From: Candidatus Jorgensenbacteria bacterium RIFCSPHIGHO2_02_FULL_45_20
GTDB lineage: Bacteria; Patescibacteriota; Minisyncoccia; UBA6257; GWB1-50-10
Reading direction: 5' to 3'
Assembly (NCBI GenBank): GCA_001779535.1
Contig: MFKJ01000010.1
Coordinates: forward strand, 1 to 36,987
Length of the DNA stretch: 36,987 bases
Shown here piece by piece: positions 18,306 to 28,243 of the stretch. The notes beneath the pieces are model-generated. The model was not told the DNA's origin and did no database searches. It was given only the letters and a program-made list of their open reading frames with translations. Positions within the stretch are counted from its first letter, which is position 1. Every line of letters starts with the position of its first letter. A program made the position numbers and the translations under genes.

Positions 18306-19460
18306 TTATACTTCTTCGTGTATTATTTTTGAAATTTTGTCGGCGGCCGTTTCCCACCTGAATCGCTCCGAGTTTTGTTTGCCTGCCTTGATGAGAGCCG
18401 ACATCCTCTTCGGACTGTCGGCGAGTCCCTCTATCGCGGAAACAAATCCGTCTTCATCCCGCGCGGGAATAAGCATGGCTGAGCCGCCAAGCGTCTCGCG
18501 GAACACTCCTATATCGGAGGCCGCGACCGGCGAGCCGCATGCCTCGCACTCAAGCGGAGGAAATCCGAAGCCCTCGTAAAAAGACGGGTAAAGCAAGAGG
18601 AAGGCCGAGTGATAAAGATTTCTCAAATCCTCAAAAGACGCAAACCCCCAAAATTTTATGTCGGAAGCGCGCTTTGAACGCGCGGCAAAATCGAATATGG
18701 GCTTTGATAGCCATCCGCGCGGTCCGACTATCACAAATTTAAAATCCCTGAAAAACTTTTTCTCCTTGAGCTTCTCGAAAATCCTTATTGCCCCGGCGAT
18801 GTTTTTTCTCGGTTCAATCGTTCCGACAAAGAGAAAAAACGGATTTTCAAGGCCATGCGCTTTTTTGAATTCAATCACATCTTCTTTACTGACGTCTTCG
18901 CGAAAAAACGGGTTTATTCCGGAATGCACGACGCTCACCTTGTTGGGAGATATCCCCCACAAGTCCGTAATGTCGGTTCTTGTCGAAGAAGACACTGTTA
19001 TTATTTTGTCCGCTCTCATCGCCTGTTTTCTCGGCTGGACATACCGGTGCCATAATCTTTTTCGCGGAGAAAAAAAATGCGGGAAACGCGCGAAAGACAA
19101 ATCATGAAACACGACTATATCTTTCATAGTCCGAACGCCTCGGAGCGGAAGAAAATGCGGGCGGAATAAAACGTCATATTTTTTGAAAATACCGGTCTTC
19201 GGAATGCCTATCGTCTCCGAAAAAAGTTCTATCGCCTTATTCGGTATACCCCAATCAACAACCTCACCGCCCTGCCCAGTTGCGCAGGCAGATTGAACTT
19301 CCTCCGGCACCGTTTTTTTTCTGAAAGAATTGAAAAAAACCGAATACTCATCGCTGTCGCCGGAACGCGTCGAAAGATACCTGAGAAGCATGCGGGTATA
19401 TTCCGGGATGCCGGATGTTGTTTTTCCTATTGCGGCCCTCCTATCGTAAAGAATCTTCAT
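18306..19460 (-). CDS. Glycosyltransferase family 4 (GT-B)
   Basis: HDL, VGTIEPRKN and PSFYEGFGFPPLE motifs. Confidence 0.93.
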   Translation of the reverse strand: MKILYDRRAAIGKTTSGIPEYTRMLLRYLSTRSGDSDEYSVFFNSFRKKTVPEEVQSACATGQGGEVVDWGIPNKAIELFSETIGIPKTGIFKKYDVLFRPHFLPLRGVRTMKDIVVFHDLSFARFPHFFSPRKRLWHRYVQPRKQAMRADKIITVSSSTRTDITDLWGISPNKVSVVHSGINPFFREDVSKEDVIEFKKAHGLENPFFLFVGTIEPRKNIAGAIRIFEKLKEKKFFRDFKFVIVGPRGWLSKPIFDFAARSKRASDIKFWGFASFEDLRNLYHSAFLLLYPSFYEGFGFPPLECEACGSPVAASDIGVFRETLGGSAMLIPARDEDGFVSAIEGLADSPKRMSALIKAGKQNSERFRWETAADKISKIIHEEV

Positions 19461-19502
19461 TTTATACTATTATATACGACACAACTTTTCTCCGCGGGTA
19501 TT

Positions 19503-20612
19503 TCATACTTCGGCTCCCGCTTTACGCATCGCGGCGGTTAATTCTTTTCTGAACCTGTCTTCGGAAAATTTTTTCGCGTATTGCGCTATGTAATGCCTAT
19601 CGAATTTTTTGGATTCGAATTCTCTCACTGCCCCGATTATGGCTGATGGCGTCTGCTCCGAAAAAAGCAACCCTGTTTTTCCGTTTTCCACTATCTCACT
19701 TCCGCCTCCGGTCTGGAAAGCCAAAACGGGCAGTCCGCACATCTGCGCCTCGGCCGCGACGAGGCCGAAGTCCTCCACCTGCGGAAAAATAAGCGCCCTC
19801 GCGCCGGTGTAATATTTTCTTAGTTTGCTGTCGCTTACCCCCGAAATGAACCTTACAAACGCCGGATTGGCTATTTTTTTCAGCTTTTCTTCTTCCGGAC
19901 CTCTCCCTATAATCACAAGCTTTTTTCCCATCGCGCTAAAAGCGGAGATACCTACATCGAAACATTTGTAATATAACAAACGCCCGACCATTAGATAATA
20001 GTCGTCCTGTTTTTCGCGCGGCTCGAAATAAAAATCATCCTCCCGGACGGGGGGATAAACCACTTCAGCGTCCCGTCCGTAATACGCGCGTATTTTATCG
20101 GCAATAAAGCGCGAATTCGCTATGAATACATTGACGCGTCCGGCGGCTTTTTTATCCCACTTCCGGAGCCACCGCGCGACCATCCACGCCGCAGGGCGTA
20201 AAATTGTGTTCCCGAGAGGCGACGGCCGGAGCGGTAGATTTTTAAGATATTCTATTTCCCACGCGTACCTAAGGGGAGTGTGGCAATATGATATGTGGCA
20301 CGGCGCGTCAACCGGAATCCCCTTCGCGTATCCGGCGCTTGAAGAAACGACAAGGTCGTATTTTTCGCGGCTTCGCATAAGGCGGGTCGCGAGCGGAGCG
20401 AGCGGAATAAACGCCCTGTGTCTGTTTCGAATCCAGTTGCGGTCGAGAAAGCTCGTTTCTTTGACCATTCCCCTAAAAATCCCGCATGTTTTTTGTTCGT
20501 CGTAAAGCAGGGTGTAAACGTCCGCACCCGGAAAAATATCAAGAATGGATTTCAATACCCGCTCGGCGCCGCCAAGCTGGTTAAGATAATCATGAAGTAC
20601 CGCGACTCGCAT
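19503..20612 (-). CDS. Glycosyltransferase family 4 (GT-B)
   Basis: HDYLNQLGGAERV, YCHTPLRYAW and EDFGLVAAEAQMCG motifs. Confidence 0.93.
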   Translation of the reverse strand: MRVAVLHDYLNQLGGAERVLKSILDIFPGADVYTLLYDEQKTCGIFRGMVKETSFLDRNWIRNRHRAFIPLAPLATRLMRSREKYDLVVSSSAGYAKGIPVDAPCHISYCHTPLRYAWEIEYLKNLPLRPSPLGNTILRPAAWMVARWLRKWDKKAAGRVNVFIANSRFIADKIRAYYGRDAEVVYPPVREDDFYFEPREKQDDYYLMVGRLLYYKCFDVGISAFSAMGKKLVIIGRGPEEEKLKKIANPAFVRFISGVSDSKLRKYYTGARALIFPQVEDFGLVAAEAQMCGLPVLAFQTGGGSEIVENGKTGLLFSEQTPSAIIGAVREFESKKFDRHYIAQYAKKFSEDRFRKELTAAMRKAGAEV

Positions 20613-20632
20613 AAATTGATTATAAACGAATT

Positions 20633-21235
20633 TTAAATCCCTGTCGGGTCGGTAAAAAGTATCGTGATAGTTTTCCGGATTATTTTCGCGTCAGTTTTGA
20701 AATTGACGCGCTTAAGATAATCAAAATCGAGCTCCAATTCCTTCAAAAACGGCAGAGCCGATGCGCCGCTCACTTGCGACAGTCCCGTTATCCCCGCTTT
20801 CGCGTCCGCTATTTTTTTAAACTCCGGCGGATATTTCTCCACCTCTTCCGGCTCATGCGGCCTGGGGCCTACAAGCGCCATGTCGCCCGCTAACACATTC
20901 AAAAACTGCGGAAACTCATCAAGACGGAATTTACGGAGAATTTTTCCTGTTTTTGTAACCCGCGGGTCGCGTTTCATCTTGAAAAGCGGTCCATCCGCGC
21001 GCTCGTTCATACCCATAAGGTGCCTTTTCTTTGAGTGCGCCCCGCGCTCCATCGTCCTGAACTTCCATACGCGTATCGTTTTTCCGCCGCTTAATCTTTC
21101 CAAACGCACGAATACCGGAAACCCGTCCTCAATCGCGATAAAAAAGGCGGCGAATGGAAGTAAAATAAAAACAGCGAGCGCTCCGAGCGCTCCTCCAAGC
21201 AGGTCAATTAATCTTTTCCACGCGGAGTAATTCAT
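20633..21235 (-). CDS. Priming sugar-phosphate transferase (bacterial sugar transferase family)
   Basis: KRLIDL, KFRTM, DPRVT, LDEFPQ…NVLAGDMALVGPRP and GITGLSQV motifs. Confidence 0.93.
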   Translation of the reverse strand: MNYSAWKRLIDLLGGALGALAVFILLPFAAFFIAIEDGFPVFVRLERLSGGKTIRVWKFRTMERGAHSKKRHLMGMNERADGPLFKMKRDPRVTKTGKILRKFRLDEFPQFLNVLAGDMALVGPRPHEPEEVEKYPPEFKKIADAKAGITGLSQVSGASALPFLKELELDFDYLKRVNFKTDAKIIRKTITILFTDPTGI

Positions 21236-21244
21236 CGCGTTTCG

Positions 21245-23683
21245 TCAACCGTTTTCTTTTCCGGCAAGACGGAGAATTGTTTTTATAACCGAATCGGGAC
21301 TCAAAGATATGCTCATAATACCCTCTTGAACCAAAAATTCCGCGAACTCAAAATAGTCCGACGGGGCCTGCCCGCATATTCCGATGTATTTCTTTTTTCT
21401 TTTGCATTTTTTCACGGCTTCGGCGATGAGTTTTTTCACGGCATCATTTCTCTCGTCGGCTATTCCCGCGACAAGCGCGGAATCGCGGTCTATCCCGAGC
21501 GTAAGCTGGGCAAGGTCGTTCGACCCGATGGACATTCCGTCAAAAATTTTTAAAAACTCGTCCGCGAGCAAAACATTCGAAGGTATTTCGCACATAACGT
21601 AAACCTTGAGCGTCTTGTCGCTTTTCCTTGAAAGTCCGTACTCCTCCATAACCTCCAAAACTTTCCGCCCTTCTTCCGGAGTCCTGCAAAACGGAACCAT
21701 AGGTATGACGTTTTTCATGCCGATTTCGGAACGGACTTTTCGGAATGCTTCGCACTCAAGAGAAAACGCTTCTTTGAATTTCGGGTCGTAATACCGCGAA
21801 GCGCCGCGCCATCCGAGCATCGGATTTTCCTCTTCCGGTTCATAAAGTTCCCCTCCTATAAGCTGTCTGTATTCGTTCGTTTTGAAATCCGACAGGCGTA
21901 TTATCGCGTCATTCGGCGAGAAAGCGGCGGCTATTTTCGCTATTCCTTCCGCGAGCTTATCGGAATAGAATTTCTTTTTGTCCTCATATCCGCGCGTTTC
22001 GGCGTCAATCGCGCCTATTATTTTCAAAATCCGGTTTTTTTCTCTCTTGTCTTTCAGATGAGCCGCCCCGTGCTTCAATTCTTTATATTTGATAAGTGCG
22101 TTCGGGTGGATTTTTATATGAGACGCTATTATGAATTCCAGGCGTCCGAGTCCGACTCCGGAAACCGGAAGATTGTGATAGCCAAATGCTTCGTCCGGTG
22201 AACCGATATTCGCCATAATCTTCGTTTTCGTTTCCGGAATTTTATCAAGTTTGTGCTCTTTCACGGAAAAATCCATCTCTCCTTCGTAAACGCGTCCCAC
22301 ATCCCCCTCTGCGCAACTCACTGTAACAAACATCCCGTTTTTCAATTCTCTTGTCGCGTTTTTCGTACCCACAATGCACGGCGTTCCAAGCTCCCGCGAC
22401 ACTATGGCCGCGTGCGACGTCCTGCCGCCATTGTCGGTTATGATAGCGGAGGCGATTTTCATAATCGGCTCAAGGTCGGGGTCCGTAATCGGAGCGACAA
22501 GCACTTCTCCTTTCTTGAATTCCGCTACTCCCCGCGCGTTTTTTACAATCCGTACCTTTCCAACGCCGATTTTCGAACCCACGGATATTCCCGCGAGAAT
22601 CATCTTTCCCTTTTCCTTTATTTCATATTCCGTATATGTGTTTTTATCGCGCGCGGCCGCGACTGTTTCCGGACGCGCCTGCACTATGAAAAGTTCGCCG
22701 GTGGTCCCGTCTTTCGCCCACTCGATATCCATCGGTTGAAAACACCCGCGCTCTTTGGAAAAATGTCTTTCTATTTTCATGCACCATTCTCCCAGTTTCA
22801 CCGCTTCTTCGTCCGTTATGGAAAATTTATCGCGCGCCGATTCCCCGACTTTTATTCTTTTCGTGCCGCCAAACGTCGAATATACGAGCTTTATGTCTTT
22901 TCGTCCGAGTTTTTTTGAAATCACGGGATTGAATCCGCCCTCAAGCGACGGCTTGAAAAGCACGAATTCGTCAGGGATGACTTCCCCCTGAACTATCATC
23001 TCCCCCAATCCGTAGATGCTGTTTATAACTATCACTTTTTCGAATCCGGATTCCGTGTCTATCGTGAAAGCGACACCGCTTGAGGCGATATCCGAGCGCA
23101 CCATTTTCTGCACGCCAACCGAAATAGCTACATCCGAGTTCGAAAATCCTTTATGCACTCTGTAAGAAATAGCCCTGTCCGTAAAAAGAGACGCCATGCA
23201 TCGTCTCACGGCTTCAACAACGTAAGAGGCCCCCGAAACATTCAAATATGTTTCTTGTTGTCCGGCGAAAGACGCTCCCGGCAGATCTTCGGCGGTCGCC
23301 GAAGACCTTACCGCGACACTTATGTTTTTGCCGTATTTTTCGCTCAAATTTTTATACGACGACTTTATTTCTTCCCTTATCTCGCGTGGCATTTTAGCGC
23401 GCATTATGAGCCGTCTGATTTCCTTCCCGCGTTTTTTCAGCTCGCCGATCTTGCGGGTATCGAGGCCTTTCAAAATTCCCTTGATGTTTTTATCCAGACC
23501 CGTCGTTTTCAGAATATGCCTGTACGCTTCCGCGGTTACGGCAAATCCGCCGGGAACGTTGATTCCTTCGGGTACGAGCCGCGAATACATCTCGCCAAGC
23601 GCCGCGTTTTTGCCGCCGACCACCGGCACATCTTTTATTCCTATTTCGTTGAAATCCAAAACAAACGGTTTTTCATTTTTCAT
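21245..23683 (-). CDS. ppsA: Phosphoenolpyruvate synthase
   Basis: VGGKNA, AVRSSATAEDLP…SFAGQQ, DIEWA, GGRTSHAAI (phospho-His), SIGSNDL and GICGQ motifs. Confidence 0.97.
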   Translation of the reverse strand: MKNEKPFVLDFNEIGIKDVPVVGGKNAALGEMYSRLVPEGINVPGGFAVTAEAYRHILKTTGLDKNIKGILKGLDTRKIGELKKRGKEIRRLIMRAKMPREIREEIKSSYKNLSEKYGKNISVAVRSSATAEDLPGASFAGQQETYLNVSGASYVVEAVRRCMASLFTDRAISYRVHKGFSNSDVAISVGVQKMVRSDIASSGVAFTIDTESGFEKVIVINSIYGLGEMIVQGEVIPDEFVLFKPSLEGGFNPVISKKLGRKDIKLVYSTFGGTKRIKVGESARDKFSITDEEAVKLGEWCMKIERHFSKERGCFQPMDIEWAKDGTTGELFIVQARPETVAAARDKNTYTEYEIKEKGKMILAGISVGSKIGVGKVRIVKNARGVAEFKKGEVLVAPITDPDLEPIMKIASAIITDNGGRTSHAAIVSRELGTPCIVGTKNATRELKNGMFVTVSCAEGDVGRVYEGEMDFSVKEHKLDKIPETKTKIMANIGSPDEAFGYHNLPVSGVGLGRLEFIIASHIKIHPNALIKYKELKHGAAHLKDKREKNRILKIIGAIDAETRGYEDKKKFYSDKLAEGIAKIAAAFSPNDAIIRLSDFKTNEYRQLIGGELYEPEEENPMLGWRGASRYYDPKFKEAFSLECEAFRKVRSEIGMKNVIPMVPFCRTPEEGRKVLEVMEEYGLSRKSDKTLKVYVMCEIPSNVLLADEFLKIFDGMSIGSNDLAQLTLGIDRDSALVAGIADERNDAVKKLIAEAVKKCKRKKKYIGICGQAPSDYFEFAEFLVQEGIMSISLSPDSVIKTILRLAGKENG

Positions 23684-23806
23684 GACTGTTTTTTCTCTGA
23701 TATGATGAACCAAAAAATATCAAAACGACTTTTTATAATTCTACACTATTTATCAAATCCCCGCGTGGTTGGTTGAGGAAACACAATTTTACGAGAAACG
23801 CCCGCG

Positions 23807-23838
23807 ATACCGCGCCGCTTGCGGCGCGGTTATTCATT
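23807..23838. repeat. GC-rich hairpin element overlapping the glycerate kinase stop codon
   Basis: ACCGCGCCGC-TT-GCGGCGCGGT-TATTCATT; 28/30 identical to 615-644. Confidence 0.85.
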
Positions 23839-25125
23839 AAAATGTGCGGCTAAGACGATGTCCGCCACATTCGAACCGGTCGGACCTGTCTCCAAAAAAT
23901 CGCCTGTTTTTTCAAAAAAACCGGAAGAGTTATTATCGTTCAAATAATCCCAAACATTCATGTTTAATTCAGCGGCGTGTTTTATAGATATTGCGTCGCA
24001 GATACCGCCCGCGAAACGGCCGTTGTCAATGCCATCGGAAGCAACGGCTATTATTATGTCCGAATCATCGGCAAAACGCATCGCCGAAAGAGCTATCTCC
24101 TGATTTCTGCCACCCCGGCCTTTTCCTTTTACGACAACCGTGCTCTCACCGCCGTACAAAAGAAATGTATCCGGTTTTTCGCTTTTAAGATTGTTCGCTA
24201 TTCCCGCGCCTATATGCCTTGCGTGTCCGGAAAATTTATCGGTCATTATTTTGGCTTCGTATCCGAGATTTTCCGCCGCTTCTTTCATCGCCGCGAGCAT
24301 AGCGGAGTTCGAAACAATGACAGTATTCGTTACATTCGTAAAAAACCTGTTTTCCTTCGGTGTCTCAATAAGCGCTTTTTCAATGAAAGGATACGTTTCT
24401 GAAACTCCATATTCTTCTATTACTCTTTTCGCGTCCGACATACTCGTGGAATCGAACGCCGTTGGTCCGGAAGCTATAAATTCTATGCTGTTGCCGGGCA
24501 CGTCTGAAAATATAAGAGAGACGACTTTCGCCGGAAAGGCGTATTTGGCGAGATATCCGCCTCTCGCGAGAGACAAATGTTTTCTCACGGTATTGACTTT
24601 TTCTATTGACGCGCCTTTTTTAAACATCATATCTATGACTTCCCGCTCCTCGACGCAAGTCATATTATCCGGCTGGCACAATAACGCGGAGCCACCGCCG
24701 GAAATAAAGGATATCACAAGGTCGTTTTCAGTCGTCTCCGAAAGAAGAGAAATAAGCCGCCTCGTCGCGGAAATATTGCGCTCCGAAGCGAATGGATGGT
24801 CGCCCGCGTACGTTTCTATATTCGGGTTCTCGAACTTGCCCTCGTAAATGTCAACGACAACCCCTTTATAGATGAGCTCGCCGAGAATTTTTTCGGCTTC
24901 AAGCGCGGCTCTTACGCCGCATTTACCGACACTCACGAGAAACACGCGCGAATTTTGATTGACGGTTATTTCACTGCCGGCTAAGACGATTTTTCTGTCG
25001 AATCGCTGCATGGCCTTACGCACGGCTGTTTCGGTCCTAATGGCATTAAATCCCTCCTCAATAATTTTGAGGGCGGTTTTTCTTCTCTCGTCTGCCGCAA
25101 GTTGTTCGAAATTTTTTATCCTCAT
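23830..25125 (-). CDS. Glycerate 2-kinase, MOFRL/DUF4147 family
   Basis: GDHP, ISGGGSAL, NTVRKHLS…GG, SDVPG…IASGPT, GGESTV…GGRNQE, SDGID and TGPTGSNVAD motifs. Confidence 0.92.
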   Translation of the reverse strand: MRIKNFEQLAADERRKTALKIIEEGFNAIRTETAVRKAMQRFDRKIVLAGSEITVNQNSRVFLVSVGKCGVRAALEAEKILGELIYKGVVVDIYEGKFENPNIETYAGDHPFASERNISATRRLISLLSETTENDLVISFISGGGSALLCQPDNMTCVEEREVIDMMFKKGASIEKVNTVRKHLSLARGGYLAKYAFPAKVVSLIFSDVPGNSIEFIASGPTAFDSTSMSDAKRVIEEYGVSETYPFIEKALIETPKENRFFTNVTNTVIVSNSAMLAAMKEAAENLGYEAKIMTDKFSGHARHIGAGIANNLKSEKPDTFLLYGGESTVVVKGKGRGGRNQEIALSAMRFADDSDIIIAVASDGIDNGRFAGGICDAISIKHAAELNMNVWDYLNDNNSSGFFEKTGDFLETGPTGSNVADIVLAAHFNE

Positions 25126-25502
25126 TTTCCGGCAGTTTGAAATTCGCACCCCGCTTCTTTCGCCAGCATTTCCGCGGTTAGCTCACCGGTATGTCTTTTG
25201 CCGTCAGGGAAAATCCATGTCGGAATCACTTCCACGCCTTTTCCAACGCATAATTCAACGTTATCGGGACACTCGACATACGGCACGTACTTAAACGCGC
25301 CGTCAAACATTCTCTTTTGATTCTGGCAATGCGAACACCACTCGGCTCCGTACATAACGACGTTTTTATCCGCGAGGCACTTCGCGAGATTTTCAAGCTC
25401 CATAGACGCGCCTGATGTATTGATCCCCGGATAAACGATCGCGACCGCGAGAATAATAATCGCCGCCGTTATCGCCGACCATATAATTATTTTTTTGTTC
25501 AT
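25122..25502 (-). CDS. Membrane-anchored thioredoxin-fold protein (WCSHC)
   Basis: N-terminal TM; MYGAEWCSHC; YVEC; PTW cis-Pro motif. Confidence 0.85.
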   Translation of the reverse strand: MNKKIIIWSAITAAIIILAVAIVYPGINTSGASMELENLAKCLADKNVVMYGAEWCSHCQNQKRMFDGAFKYVPYVECPDNVELCVGKGVEVIPTWIFPDGKRHTGELTAEMLAKEAGCEFQTAGK

Positions 25503-25507
25503 GCGTG

Positions 25508-26035
25508 TTACTCCTTGCAACAATCAACTAATTTTTCGACTATGTCCTCCACAGTCCACGGCTTTTTCGCGCCGTTTTCTTCGGCGCCTTTCATGCCGCC
25601 GTTTGATTTATCCCCGGCTGAAACGTCAATCAATTTCAAACGGATGCCCCAAAACGCGGAATACAGATGATAGGCGTTTTGAAACATTTTCTCCGCCTCT
25701 TCTTTTTTATTTTCGGACAAGAGTTTCGTGCCGACCTCCATAATTCTCATCGCGGCGGCGAGCAGGTGTTTGGATATGCACCACGACTCACCTTCATTTA
25801 TAGGAATCATTTTCCCCAAAAGCTCTTTGCGAATCCCTCGCGCCTCGTTCAAAATGTCGAGGTACTTGCTATCTTTGGTTTTGGACGCAGTAAAAAATAA
25901 ATGTTCCTCTATGCTCACAAGATTCATAACCGCGATACTCAAATCCTCTTCCATGGATAAATCAAAACTTCCGCTTTTTCTAAGTTCTTCGGCTTTTTTC
26001 AACATCTCTTCAAATTTCTTTTTTTCTATTTCCAT
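25508..26035 (-). CDS. Helical hypothetical protein with EEH, WCxxKH and a C-terminal CC
   Basis: 175-aa ORF tightly packed with the thioredoxin gene; -10-like box 7 nt upstream of the ATG. Confidence 0.8.
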   Translation of the reverse strand: MEIEKKKFEEMLKKAEELRKSGSFDLSMEEDLSIAVMNLVSIEEHLFFTASKTKDSKYLDILNEARGIRKELLGKMIPINEGESWCISKHLLAAAMRIMEVGTKLLSENKKEEAEKMFQNAYHLYSAFWGIRLKLIDVSAGDKSNGGMKGAEENGAKKPWTVEDIVEKLVDCCKE

Positions 26036-26112
26036 AAATATTATTTTACCATCATTATATACAAATTTATAATCCCCGCATTACACCTGATTACGCATAT
26101 ATGAATTGCTCT

Positions 26113-26276
26113 CAAGCTCTAAATCCTAATATCTAATCCGCCTGACCGGCGGACTAAACAAATCTTAATGTTCAAATTCCAAAATTCAAAACCCGTCTTT
26201 TTCTGTGGTTTTATCTCATTTTGAGTTCGTTTTGGTTATGGATTCATTAAAAATTGAAAATTTCAAATTGAAAATT
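26113..26276. repeat. Chimeric repeat: reversed family A arm with TCCGCC…GGCGGA insert (26137-26153) plus family C arm
   Basis: The reverse complement matches 30940-31064; 26225-26269 is identical over 45 nt to 29025-29069. Confidence 0.88.
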
Positions 26277-26329
26277 ATTCTCTGCTTTGCGCTTAATACT
26301 TGCCGCTTGATGCTACTTCCCGCCCCGTC

Positions 26330-27142
26330 TCACAAAATAAATATCAATCCTCCTAAAATGAGCATCGCTATTCCGCCGATAATTCTGCCCCGCACGGTGT
26401 CTTTTTTCCACTCCTCCGCTTTTTTGAGAAGAATTTCGTTTCCCGCAATCGCAAGAATGATTATAAGCGGCAAAACAAATACGGCATTATACAAAACAAG
26501 ATAGCCAAGCCCGCTGAAAAATGTGGAGTGGTCATGAAGCAAACCAAGCACAAGCAGGTACGGACCGCCGGTGCATGGAAACTCCCACACGCCCACAAGA
26601 AAGCCGAGCGTGAAAGCGGAAGGCACCGATGCCTTGCTTACAAACAGCGCGATTTTTCTGTGAACAGAACCGGGTATTCCGATTCTAATCGGAAAATTCG
26701 GGAAAAAATGGTTCGCGAGATTCAATAATCCCGAAAATATGAGAATGGCTCCGCCTATTCTCGCGACAAAATGCGGAATGTTCAAAAATTGGAGCGTCTT
26801 CAAAACGCCAAGTCCTATCAAAACATACACGACAAACACTCCGAGAACGTAAGCCCCGCCCGTGAAAATAATATTTTTACGCGTTCGTCCCAAACTAAAA
26901 AGAAACGCTATCGTGAGAAATAAAACCGAAAAAGCGCACGGGTTCACGCTGTCTATCAAAGCCGCGATTACAATAAGCGGCAGGAGTGCTCTACCGCCAA
27001 GAGACGCGGCAAGCAAACCGCCATCCGGCATAGAGTGTTTTATAAAATAAACCGCGGAAAATAAAATCACCGCTAAAACAACGATGGCCACAAGCTGGAA
27101 AACACTCTTTCTTTTCTCTTTTATTATTTTCTGTTCATCCAT
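26330..27142 (-). CDS. CcdA/DsbD-like transmembrane electron transporter
   Basis: DSVNPCAFSVL and EFPCTGGPY Pro-Cys motifs; multiple TM helices. Confidence 0.88.
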   Translation of the reverse strand: MDEQKIIKEKRKSVFQLVAIVVLAVILFSAVYFIKHSMPDGGLLAASLGGRALLPLIVIAALIDSVNPCAFSVLFLTIAFLFSLGRTRKNIIFTGGAYVLGVFVVYVLIGLGVLKTLQFLNIPHFVARIGGAILIFSGLLNLANHFFPNFPIRIGIPGSVHRKIALFVSKASVPSAFTLGFLVGVWEFPCTGGPYLLVLGLLHDHSTFFSGLGYLVLYNAVFVLPLIIILAIAGNEILLKKAEEWKKDTVRGRIIGGIAMLILGGLIFIL

Positions 27143-27144
27143 GG

Positions 27145-28041
27145 TTATTTTCCACGCTTAAACATGTCTTGAAATACATCTTTAGGGTCGCGCTTATTTT
27201 CTATTATTTCGCGGAGAGCGGATAATATTTCGAATCTCTCCACGTTCCGACCAATGAGAGAAAACACGGACGGCGCAGAAACGACTCCTTCCGTCTGCTC
27301 GTCAAACACGCCGTCAAGCAGCACGTCTTCACCTGCCTGTCTATTATGTGAGTATCCGCTGAATCCGCATGCCGCGAGGTCTCCGAGTCCCGCCGCGCCG
27401 AGCGCTGTTTCCGCTTTGCCGCCAAGCATTTTAACCATCGCGGGTATCTCGCCTATCGCCTTCGAGAGAAGCCAGCCCTTCGCGTTATCGCCCCAGCCGA
27501 GTCCGTCGGCAACGCCGAAAGCAAGCGAATAAACATTTTTCAAAACACCGCTCAAAGCGACCCCATGAACGTCTTTTAAGCGTATTAAATTTATGCGGCT
27601 GTTTCCGAACAATTCGCGCGCAGTAAGGAAAATCTTTTCGTTTCCACATCCCAAAACTCCCGCCCCCGCAAAGTCCCGTTCCAACTCCTCGGCAAGTAGC
27701 GGCCCTCCAAGTATGCCAAACTGTTTTTTCGAAAAGAATTCTCCAATTATTACGTCCGCCGTTTTTCCGGTGCCGCGTTCAATTCCTTTCGTAAGCGAAA
27801 TTATAAATGTATTTCTCTCCGCGTATTCTTTCACCAAAGCGCACGCTTCACGGAGCCCCGCGGACGGCACGCACAAAAAAATCGCATCGGCGCCGTTGAT
27901 TATTTCGGATATGTTTCTTTGGTTCGGTACGGCGCCTTCTTTTTTGTCCCAAAGCCGTACCTCATTTCCAGAAGAAGTTATCACGCCCGAAAGCGCTTTG
28001 CCTATCCTTCCGGCCCCTATGATTGCGATATGATTGTTCAT
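27145..28041 (-). CDS. gpsA: NAD(P)H-dependent glycerol-3-phosphate dehydrogenase
   Basis: IIGAGRIG, LTKGIE, GPLLAEE, GVLKNV…G…DG…GDNAK, AGLGDL, SHNR and EGV motifs. Confidence 0.9.
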   Translation of the reverse strand: MNNHIAIIGAGRIGKALSGVITSSGNEVRLWDKKEGAVPNQRNISEIINGADAIFLCVPSAGLREACALVKEYAERNTFIISLTKGIERGTGKTADVIIGEFFSKKQFGILGGPLLAEELERDFAGAGVLGCGNEKIFLTARELFGNSRINLIRLKDVHGVALSGVLKNVYSLAFGVADGLGWGDNAKGWLLSKAIGEIPAMVKMLGGKAETALGAAGLGDLAACGFSGYSHNRQAGEDVLLDGVFDEQTEGVVSAPSVFSLIGRNVERFEILSALREIIENKRDPKDVFQDMFKRGK

Positions 28042-28044
28042 GAT

Positions 28045-28207
28045 AATTTTGAATTTTGTCCGCCAGTCGAGCGGACTAGAATTTTGAGTGAAACTCGAAT
28101 GAAAGAATCAATGAAACAAAGAGAACGGAGTTTATTCAGGAAAGGTTATTCTGTGTTTAAGTAATTCAGTATTTCGAAATTGATTCGAAATTCAAAATTA
28201 GAAATTT
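28045..28207. repeat. Family B element, copy 2, carrying hairpin insert GTCCGC-CAGTCGA-GCGGAC (28058-28076)
   Basis: Collinear with 2334-2511, but the insert is different and at a different site. Confidence 0.88.
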
Positions 28208-28243
28208 CCGCTGCTTTCTACTCCCATTGTTCCCTTCTGCTTA

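Noticed and set aside
23714..23806. Possible tRNA or ncRNA upstream of ppsA
   Set aside because: No cloverleaf, T-loop or recognisable motif beyond the adjacent hairpin element.
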